In this document: positions 1 through 7,441 of the stretch, piece after piece
Numbering within the stretch: the stretch's first letter is position 1
Layout: the number at the start of each line of letters is the position of its first letter
Assembly: GCA_035285125.1 (NCBI GenBank)
Contig: JAYKHR010000004.1
Span: 1 to 64,000, forward strand
Length of the DNA stretch: 64,000 bases
From: Candidatus Sericytochromatia bacterium
Lineage (GTDB): Bacteria; Cyanobacteriota; Sericytochromatia; S15B-MN24; JAQBPE01
Reading direction: 5' to 3'
Position numbers and translations under genes: made by a program
The notes under the pieces: model-generated
What the model was told of the DNA's origin: nothing
The model's input: the letters and a program-made list of their open reading frames with translations, nothing else
Databases searched by the model: none

Positions 1-1380
1 CTTGAAGAACATCCCGGGGATGCCCCCCATGAAGGCCACCGGCACGAACACCACCACGATCGTCATCGTGGTCGCCATCACGGCGAGCCCGATCTCCTGC
101 GTGGCCTCGAAGGCCGCCTGCCAGGCCGACTTGCCCATGTCGATATGGCGGTGGATGTTCTCGAGGTCGACGATGGCGTCGTCCACGAGGATGCCGACCA
201 CCAGCGTGAGCGCCAGCGTCGTCATGCCGTTGAGCGAGTAGCCCATCAGCTGCATCACCCAGAAGGTCGGGAGCACCGACAGGGGGATTGCCAGCCCCGA
301 AACAAAGGTGGACTGCCAGTTCCGCAAGAAGGCGTAGATGACGACGACGGCCAGCGCCGCGCCCAGCAGCAGGGCGTCAATCGAGGCGTGGAACGCGGCG
401 CGCGTGAAGGTGGCCTGGGTGCGCACCATGTCGAGGCGGAGGTCTGCCGGCGCGGCCGCCTTGAAGCGCTCGACGGCCTCCCGCACGCCCTGCTCCGTCT
501 GGACCAGGGGCGCCCCTTGGGCCCGCACCACGGAGAAGCCGACGACCTCCTTGCCGTCCAGCCGGGCGACGGTCGTGACGTCCGCATGGCCCCCCTCGAC
601 GGCGCCGAGCTCGTCGAGCCGCACGGTGCTGCCGCTGGGCAACGGGACGCGCAGGGCCTTGAGGTCGTCCACCGTCCGCGCGGAGCCGAGCGTGCGGATG
701 CCGATCTCACCGCCCTGCATCGTGCTCTTGCCGCCCGGCAGGTTGAGGTTGAGGGCCCTCAACTGCCCCGTGACGAGCTCCACCGTGGTGCCGAGCGCCT
801 GCAGCTTGGCGGGCGACAGCCTGACGCGCACCTCCCGCGTGAGCCCCCCGTCGCGGTTCACCTCGGCGACGCCGGGGACGGCCAGCAGGGCACGCGTGAG
901 GTCCTCGTCGACAAGGCGTGAGAGCTGGCTCACGGAGCGGCGGTCGCTCCCCACGGTGTACGAGATGAAGGCATCGCCCGAGCCGTTGACGCGGCTGACC
1001 ACCGGGTCGTTGACGTCGGCCGGCAGCTGCTGGCGGATGCGGCTGACGGCGTCCCGCGCGTCGTTGAGCGCCCCTTGGGTGTCGGTACCGACGACGAACT
1101 CCAGGATCGTGGTGCTCGCGCCCTCGACGACGGTGGAGCGCACGTGCTCCAGGCCGTTGAGGCCGACGACGGCGTCCTCCACCTTCCGGGTGACGTCGGC
1201 CTCCAGCTCAGCCGGCGCCGCCCCGGACCTGGCCACCGTGACCACCACGGTGGGGAAGTCGACGTTCGGCCACTGGTTGATGCCCAGCACGCGGTAAGCC
1301 TGAGCGCCCAGCAGCGTCAGCAGCAAGAACAGCAAGAAGACCGGAATCGGGTTGCGAATGGCCCACGCCGAGATGTTCAT
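1..1380 (-). CDS. RND efflux transporter permease subunit (AcrB/AcrD/AcrF family), 3' part outside the window
   Basis: Read manually on the minus strand from ATG 1380: MNISAWAIRNPIPVFLLFLLLTLLG...INQWPNVDFPTVVVTV; later GILVDDAIVDLENIHRH and IGLAVMATTMTIVVVFVPVAF. Absent from the ORF track because it runs off the edge. Confidence 0.93.
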   Translation of the reverse strand, partial: MNISAWAIRNPIPVFLLFLLLTLLGAQAYRVLGINQWPNVDFPTVVVTVARSGAAPAELEADVTRKVEDAVVGLNGLEHVRSTVVEGASTTILEFVVGTDTQGALNDARDAVSRIRQQLPADVNDPVVSRVNGSGDAFISYTVGSDRRSVSQLSRLVDEDLTRALLAVPGVAEVNRDGGLTREVRVRLSPAKLQALGTTVELVTGQLRALNLNLPGGKSTMQGGEIGIRTLGSARTVDDLKALRVPLPSGSTVRLDELGAVEGGHADVTTVARLDGKEVVGFSVVRAQGAPLVQTEQGVREAVERFKAAAPADLRLDMVRTQATFTRAAFHASIDALLLGAALAVVVIYAFLRNWQSTFVSGLAIPLSVLPTFWVMQLMGYSLNGMTTLALTLVVGILVDDAIVDLENIHRHIDMGKSAWQAAFEATQEIGLAVMATTMTIVVVFVPVAFMGGIPGMFFK

Positions 1381-1494
1381 GGCGATGCTCCAGGCGGGCC
1401 GGGGGACGACCCGAAAGATTCACGTTGGAAATAGTTTTGAACAAAAAGTATCACGGCCCCAGGCGGCCGACAACCTGGCCAGTGCTCGGTCGGG

Positions 1495-1911
1495 TCAGCC
1501 CGACCCCCGCAGGTGCCGCACGGCGCCCCGGTTGACCTCCGTGAGGGACAGGTGGCCGGCGGCAAGCGTCCTCGCGAGGGCGTCCACAGCCTCGCCAGGC
1601 TCGATGGTGACGCCACACGTGAAGACGTCCACGGCCGCGTAGCGGTGCTCCGGCCAGGTGTGGATGGTGAGGTGAGACTCGGCGATGACCACCACGCCGC
1701 TCACGCCGAGGGGCGCAAAGTGGTGGAAGACGCTCTCCACGATGGTGGCCCCGCAGGCCCGCGCCGCGGCAAGCATGGCCGCCGCCACGGCGTCCCGGTC
1801 GGCCAGCATCCCGGCATCGCAGTCGTAAAGCTCGGCAAGCACCTGCCGGCCAAGGTAGCTGGGGGGGCCTGGGCGCCTGGCAGGCCCTGCCGTGGCATCA
1901 GGAGCGGACAC
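1495..1911 (-). CDS. speD: Pyruvoyl-dependent S-adenosylmethionine decarboxylase proenzyme
   Basis: GVSGVVVIAESHLTIHTWPEHRYAAVDVFTCG signature with the E|S self-cleavage site; GTG start at 1911 chosen from a -10 box 6 nt upstream. Confidence 0.9.
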   Translation of the reverse strand: MSAPDATAGPARRPGPPSYLGRQVLAELYDCDAGMLADRDAVAAAMLAAARACGATIVESVFHHFAPLGVSGVVVIAESHLTIHTWPEHRYAAVDVFTCGVTIEPGEAVDALARTLAAGHLSLTEVNRGAVRHLRGSG

Positions 1912-1966
1912 CCCCCCATCATACACGGCCGGCCCGCGACCCCGCTGCACCCGGCGCCGCGGAAGG

Positions 1967-2728
1967 CTACCGGCTGTAAAAGGCGAAATCCACGCCAGGG
2001 CCCATGTTGGTCGTCAGCAGCACGTACTGCGGCCGGGTCTTGCCCAGGCCATCCTTCTCGGCCACCACGAAGTAGCCGCCGGGCTCCACGTCCAGCAGGC
2101 GGTAGCGCCCCTGGGCGTCGGTCCGGATCCGCGCCCGCGCCGTCGGGTCTGCAGCGGACACGACGGTCAGCCAGGCATCGGGCACTGGCCCGCGCCGCAC
2201 GGGGTTGATGTCGATCACCCGCCCGAGCAGGGCCGCTTCCCCTCCAGCCAGGCCGTTGCTCACGGTGTCGGGCGCCACGAACGTGGCTGCCGGCGGCGCG
2301 TTGGGGACCTCGATGGAGTAGACCGGGGCCTCCCCGGCAAGCGACTCGATGGACGGCTGGCCGGCGGACTCCCCGACGCCACGCACAAAAACGAGCGCAG
2401 GCTCGGCCGGGGCCGCCTCGGCGCGTTCGACCTTCGGCAACCCCGGCGCGGGGGCAGCCCCCTCCTCCCGGACGGTCACAGGCTTGGGGTCAGCCGGCAC
2501 CACGCGCGGGACGTCCGCCCAGTCCGCCGTCAGCAGGGGCCCGGGCGCCAGCCGCGGCAGGGGCGCTTGCGTCACGGGTTGGGCCGCCGTCGGCGCGGGG
2601 GCGCCGCCAGCCTCCACCCCGGCCGCGAGGCCGGCCGAGCGCGTGGAGCCCGGCCACCCGCCCGCGCACCCCCCCGAGAGAGCTGCGCAGGCCAGCAGGG
2701 CCGCGAGCGGGGCGAGACGAGAAAGCAC
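1967..2728 (-). CDS. Lipoprotein with C-terminal carboxypeptidase-regulatory-like (prealbumin-fold) domain
   Basis: GGAGGAG RBS, hydrophobic signal with Cys (LLAC or SGGC), Pro/Ala linker, RTDAQGRYRLLDVEPGGYFVVAEKDG motif. Confidence 0.7.
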   Translation of the reverse strand: MLSRLAPLAALLACAALSGGCAGGWPGSTRSAGLAAGVEAGGAPAPTAAQPVTQAPLPRLAPGPLLTADWADVPRVVPADPKPVTVREEGAAPAPGLPKVERAEAAPAEPALVFVRGVGESAGQPSIESLAGEAPVYSIEVPNAPPAATFVAPDTVSNGLAGGEAALLGRVIDINPVRRGPVPDAWLTVVSAADPTARARIRTDAQGRYRLLDVEPGGYFVVAEKDGLGKTRPQYVLLTTNMGPGVDFAFYSR

Positions 2729-2746
2729 GGGGCGCTCCTCCAGGAC

Positions 2747-5368
2747 TCAGATGCCGGCCGCCGAGGCTGGGGTCAGGGCCACGGCGCTCAGGCCCAGGGC
2801 CTTGAACGAGAGGATGGGCCCGAGGTAGGCGTGATCCATCAGCTTGGCGCCCCCCTCGTTGGAGCCGTCGCCGATCGTGATGTTCGACGTCCCGTCCGCC
2901 ACGATGCGGTAGGTCACCTGAAGCGGCGCCGCATTCGTGAAGGGCTGGGCGTTCGCCGCGGGCACCACCTCGAAGGCGATGACGGTCTTGCCGTCCGAGT
3001 CCTGCTTGCCGATGACGGCCCCCTTGTACAGCGTGACGTCGGAAGCCATCAGGGCCGGGCCGGAGTCCACCCCCGTCAGTGTCGAGTCGGCCGTGACGGG
3101 TCGCACGGTCCAGCCGGGCAGGTTCGTCGTCGCCCCAGCCAGCGTGGCCGTGATACCCCCGGTGCGTGTCGCCGCGGCGATCGGGCCGGTGAGCCCGAGC
3201 AGCGCGAGGGCCGAGCCGGCCGACTTCAGGGCGAGCTTGTTGCCGCCGTTCACGAGCGTGAACTTCAGCGGGTCGTCGCCCACGCCCGTGGTCTGCGTGA
3301 TGTCGATGGTGTCGGTGCCGAGCTGGTCCTCGAAGGCCTGCTGCAGCGCCGTGAGGCCCACCGGGCCAGACGGCACGACCACGGCGCGCTCGGCATCGAG
3401 GGCGCCCGGCACCCCGAGCACGAACACGGCCGTGCGATCGGCGTCCGGGGTCGTGGGGATCGTGACGGGCGTGAAGGCGATGTCCGTGGTGATGGCATCC
3501 CCCTCGATGAACACCGTCGGGATGGGGCCGTTGAGGTTGTTGTCGGTGATGTCAAAGACCCGGAAGGCGCCCTGGGGCCCCACGTAGTTAGCCGGAGGCA
3601 CGATGCTGAGCACCACGCGACCGATGCCGTTGTTAACGGTGCCATCGTCGGAGAGGGCCTTGGCGAAGCCCCAGCCCGTCTCATCGAAGGCCCGGACCGT
3701 CAGCTCGTTGGTGTCAGAGAAGCTGAACTGCAGCGGGTCCCCGCTGCCAGGGTCGGTTCTCCGGGGGTCACGCACCAGGATGCCCGTCGCCTTGACGGCC
3801 GGGTTGGCGTTGGTGCGGCCCGAGAGCGTGAACTCGATGACGAGGTCCGTCCCGGAGGTCCGCGCCGGGATCACGAACGGGACGGTGATGCGCTCCGTCC
3901 CCGGGTCGATCGAGACGGAGAAGGAGCGGGTGCCGAGCTTGGCCGTGGCCGCGCTGACGCCACCGAGGTCGAAGCCCACCTCGACGCTGAGGTCGAAAGT
4001 CCGAGGGTTTCGGACGGGGACGCGCAGCTGCAGGCGCTCCGCATCCGTGAAGAACTTGTTCTGCACCGCGAAGCCGTCGTTGAGCTGGCGCAGCGCAGGC
4101 TGGACCACCCTCCCGTTGCGGGTTTGCTGGACGGTGGTCACGAACGTGGCCAGATCGAGAGAGCCAATCGACAGCGGGAGCGACGGCGACGAGGGCTGCA
4201 GCCCGAGTTGCACGATGGAGGCCGTGAAGTTCTGCGTGGTGGACAGGGTGGAAGGAATGCGGAAGACGACGGTGTCATAGGCAGTGCCAACGCCTCCAGC
4301 CTGCTTGACCTCGATCGGCACGATGTCGTACTGGTCTCTGCCCTGCACCAGACGCACGAAGAACTCGTCCGGCCGGCTGCTCAGCCCGGACGCCACGCGC
4401 AGCTCGGCAGCCTCCTCGCCCAAGGTGTAAGGCGGGAAGCCCGTGGGCGTGAGGGCGCCCGTGAACTTGTTGAGCTGGACGTCGAACTGCTCCGGGAACG
4501 GGATGACGATGGCCTGCTTGTCGGCGTCCTGAATGGCCGTGTTGGTGTCGTTGCGGTCGACGGTGAAGGCCGTGCCCGAGCGCTCCAGGTTGATGCCGCC
4601 CGGGGTGCTGCCGGACACCGAGACGGTGAAGCGGACGTACTCGTCGGCGCCCTGGGCCTGGAACCAGTAGTAGCCGGAGGTCGTGGTCAGCTTGGCCGTG
4701 TCACCCTCGGCCAGGGGCAGGCTCGCTGACCCGTCCTTGGCGGAAACGATCGACACCTCGGTGCCCTGGGCGTTTTCGAGGTCGATCTGGCCGCTGCTGG
4801 CCGTGATGAACATCCGCGCCCCCGGCACGGCGCAGCCGCGCGGGTCGCGGATGATGCCGAAGACCGTGAAATCCGAGGTGGGCAGCTGGGTGGGCGGGGA
4901 AGGCGCCTGGGCGAGGCCAAAGGCCTTGGCGCCGGACGTGGCGGCCACGGCGAGGTCCACCCGCTCCAGGCCCATCACGGCGTTGACCTTGACCTGGGCT
5001 GGTTCGCCCGCATAGCCGTCCTTGACGGCCCGAACGGTGTAGTCGCCGGGCGGCAGCCCCTCGAGGGAGTACCCGCCCTGGTCGTCGGAGGTGGCGCTGA
5101 ACGCGGTGCCCTCGACCCGGATCGCAGCCCCGCCGAGCGGCGAGAACCGGCCGGCGGCGCGATCGAAGGCCACGACGCGTCCCTTCACCACGCCGGCGGC
5201 CAGCACCTGGGGCGCCGCCAGGGGCGCCTGCAGGGCAGGCTGACTGGCCGTCGGCGTGGACGGAGCCGGCATCGCGCACCCCACGAGGGCGAAGGCCACA
5301 ACGAGGGGCAGCGTCAGCCGCCTCCCAACTCGGGCGCGGCGGAGGGGGGTCGGGGTGGTCATCGACAT
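2747..5368 (-). CDS. Large (873 aa) surface lipoprotein with N-terminal carboxypeptidase-regulatory-like domain and beta-rich body
   Basis: AGGAG RBS, lipobox ALVGC, ATSDDQGGYSLEGLPPGDYTVRAVKDGY motif, T/G/V-rich remainder. Confidence 0.75.
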   Translation of the reverse strand: MSMTTPTPLRRARVGRRLTLPLVVAFALVGCAMPAPSTPTASQPALQAPLAAPQVLAAGVVKGRVVAFDRAAGRFSPLGGAAIRVEGTAFSATSDDQGGYSLEGLPPGDYTVRAVKDGYAGEPAQVKVNAVMGLERVDLAVAATSGAKAFGLAQAPSPPTQLPTSDFTVFGIIRDPRGCAVPGARMFITASSGQIDLENAQGTEVSIVSAKDGSASLPLAEGDTAKLTTTSGYYWFQAQGADEYVRFTVSVSGSTPGGINLERSGTAFTVDRNDTNTAIQDADKQAIVIPFPEQFDVQLNKFTGALTPTGFPPYTLGEEAAELRVASGLSSRPDEFFVRLVQGRDQYDIVPIEVKQAGGVGTAYDTVVFRIPSTLSTTQNFTASIVQLGLQPSSPSLPLSIGSLDLATFVTTVQQTRNGRVVQPALRQLNDGFAVQNKFFTDAERLQLRVPVRNPRTFDLSVEVGFDLGGVSAATAKLGTRSFSVSIDPGTERITVPFVIPARTSGTDLVIEFTLSGRTNANPAVKATGILVRDPRRTDPGSGDPLQFSFSDTNELTVRAFDETGWGFAKALSDDGTVNNGIGRVVLSIVPPANYVGPQGAFRVFDITDNNLNGPIPTVFIEGDAITTDIAFTPVTIPTTPDADRTAVFVLGVPGALDAERAVVVPSGPVGLTALQQAFEDQLGTDTIDITQTTGVGDDPLKFTLVNGGNKLALKSAGSALALLGLTGPIAAATRTGGITATLAGATTNLPGWTVRPVTADSTLTGVDSGPALMASDVTLYKGAVIGKQDSDGKTVIAFEVVPAANAQPFTNAAPLQVTYRIVADGTSNITIGDGSNEGGAKLMDHAYLGPILSFKALGLSAVALTPASAAGI

Positions 5369-5557
5369 CTTGGAACTCCTGACGGGGCTCTGCCCCGGTC
5401 GCCGCCCTCAGCGCGTCGCGAGACCCGCCACAAGCGGAACGCGAACCGGCCTTGAGGCTGGTCGATTTTGTTTTACCGCCCGGCGGGGGACCTTGAAACG
5501 CCGCCCCGAAAGTTTTGTCATTCTGTTCAGATCCGGCCGCCCGCGAGCCAGGCCCGC

Positions 5558-7129
5558 TCACGCTGGCCCTTCGGGCGTGGCGCGCTCGGCGCCGCTCGCG
5601 GGCTCGGTCTCGACCAGCAGCCGATCGAGGTGCAGCAACGCCTCGCCTCCGACCTCCTCGGACACCAGGCCCTCGCCCAGGGCCCGCATCACCGCCGCCT
5701 TCTCGACCTGGTGGACGCGGTGGTTGATCACCTCCAGGCTGCGGTCCATGTGGGACGGGTTCTCCGTCGCCAGCCGCCGCAGCTCCCGCTCGGCCCGCGC
5801 GATCGCCACCTGATAACGCGACCGAAGCCGCTCGAAGGCCCCCCGGGACACGATGCCCGCGTCGGCCAGCGCCGCAATCTCGGCCTGCGCCGCGCGGGCC
5901 TGGATCAAGGCAAGCTGCTGCACCTCAAACGCGCGCTGGAGGCCGCTGACGCTGACGAGGCCCAGCCGCGCGATCAGCGGGCCGAGCGACACGCCCTGGA
6001 GCAGCAACGAGACCAGCACCACCCCGACGGTGACGGTGACGACGAGGTCGCGCTGGGGGACGGCCGCGGGCAAGGAGAGCGCGAGCACCATCGTGAGCGA
6101 CCCCTTGATGTTGCCCCAGACAAACACGTGCTCCCAGCCCCCCGGCACGGGCCGCATCCGCGAGCGGGCAAGCAGCCGGAACCCCCCGTAGACCGTCACG
6201 GCGCGGCCGACGTGGATGGCGCCGAGGCAGGCGGCGATGGCCGGGGCGTGCCGCAGCAGGGCGTCGGGGTGGATGTTGAGCCCCACCAGCAGAAACACGG
6301 CCGAGTTCACGCCGAACGCCGCGAACTCCCAGAACGACCGCATCGCGATCTGGCTGCTCGGCTCCAGCGCCCGGCGCCAGGCCCAGTTCCCGACGACGAG
6401 GCCGGCCACGACCACGGCGATGACGCCCGACACATGCAGGCGCTCAGCCGTGTGGTAGGTGCCCAGGGCCATCAGCACCGAGACGGCGATCTCGCTGAGG
6501 TGGCTGCGGGCCTGGCGCAGCACCAGGGAGCCGAGGCCGCCGAGCAGCGCACCCAGGGCGATGCCGCCCGCGGACACGGCCACGATGTCGAGCACGCTGT
6601 CGAACGGCCGGAACACGCCCGTGACGACGACGGCCAGCACGACCTTGAACAGCACCAGCGTCACGCCGTCGTTGAAGAGGCTCTCGCCCTCGACGATGGT
6701 CACGAGGCGCCGCGGCACCTGCAAGCTGCGGAAGACGGCCAGCACGGCGACGGTGTCGGTGATGGAGAACATCACGCCTAGCAGCGCCGCCAAGGCCCCC
6801 GGCAGCCCCAACCCCCAGCCCACCAGCGCCGCCGTCACGGCCGCGGAGGCAAACACGCCGGCCGTCGACAACAGGCCGACGGGCAGCCAGTCCTCGCGCA
6901 GGTGGGCGGCGTTCGTCGTGATGGACGCCTCGAAGAGCAAGATGGGCAGGAAGACGCCCAGCACGACCTCGGGGCCGAGGGCGACGGCGGGCACCCAGCC
7001 GCCGTGGCCGAGCAGCACGCCGGCCAGCACGAGGGCCGTGCTGTAAGGCACACGGATCGCCCCGGCCAGCAGCGTCACGGCCGTGACGGCGGCCAGCAGG
7101 ACCAGCCCCATGGCGATCGCGCCATCCAT
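5558..7129 (-). CDS. Na+/H+ antiporter, CPA1 (NhaP-like) family
   Basis: About 12 hydrophobic segments; FLPILLFEA, SITDTVAV, VEGESLFNDG, GNIKGSLTMVLALSLP motifs. Confidence 0.92.
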   Translation of the reverse strand: MDGAIAMGLVLLAAVTAVTLLAGAIRVPYSTALVLAGVLLGHGGWVPAVALGPEVVLGVFLPILLFEASITTNAAHLREDWLPVGLLSTAGVFASAAVTAALVGWGLGLPGALAALLGVMFSITDTVAVLAVFRSLQVPRRLVTIVEGESLFNDGVTLVLFKVVLAVVVTGVFRPFDSVLDIVAVSAGGIALGALLGGLGSLVLRQARSHLSEIAVSVLMALGTYHTAERLHVSGVIAVVVAGLVVGNWAWRRALEPSSQIAMRSFWEFAAFGVNSAVFLLVGLNIHPDALLRHAPAIAACLGAIHVGRAVTVYGGFRLLARSRMRPVPGGWEHVFVWGNIKGSLTMVLALSLPAAVPQRDLVVTVTVGVVLVSLLLQGVSLGPLIARLGLVSVSGLQRAFEVQQLALIQARAAQAEIAALADAGIVSRGAFERLRSRYQVAIARAERELRRLATENPSHMDRSLEVINHRVHQVEKAAVMRALGEGLVSEEVGGEALLHLDRLLVETEPASGAERATPEGPA

Positions 7130-7193
7130 CCCGCCCGCACCTCCAGGACCGCCTGTATACCCACCTCAGGCTGCCCAACCCCCGGCGCTCAGC

Positions 7194-7374
7194 CCCTGAT
7201 TCCGCAATAGCTGCCGACCGAGGCAACCGGCGGGGTGTGGCAATGCTCGACGCCGGAGAACGCGCTCCCCTCTCCCCGGACACCGGGGAGAGGGGAGCGA
7301 TGATGCCTGCACCCAATGGGTGTGGCCACATCCGCACGGGGTGACCGTTTCCGCCCCTTAGCGCGGAATCAGGG
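7194..7374 (+). ncRNA. Candidate structured non-coding RNA or cis-regulatory element (~180 nt), class unknown
   Basis: Perfect 12-bp closing stem (7194-7205/7363-7374), nested 11-bp stem (7230-7241/7325-7335), perfect 17-bp hairpin (7263-7279/7283-7299) and three small hairpins; G-U pairs favour the + strand. Confidence 0.5.
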
Positions 7375-7441
7375 TTTGCAGCGGCCACCGATCGTTTATA
7401 CTGGGCGGGGCGGCGGAGGCCCGCGCCAGGAGGGAAACGTC

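Noticed and set aside
7215..7350. SAM-I riboswitch reading based on GGCAACC...GGTGACC
   Set aside because: The AUCnAGAG P1 junction and the P2 kink-turn/pseudoknot consensus are missing.
7194..7374. Retron msr-msd reading of the structured element (terminal inverted repeats plus long hairpin)
   Set aside because: No reverse transcriptase gene is adjacent or anywhere in the window.
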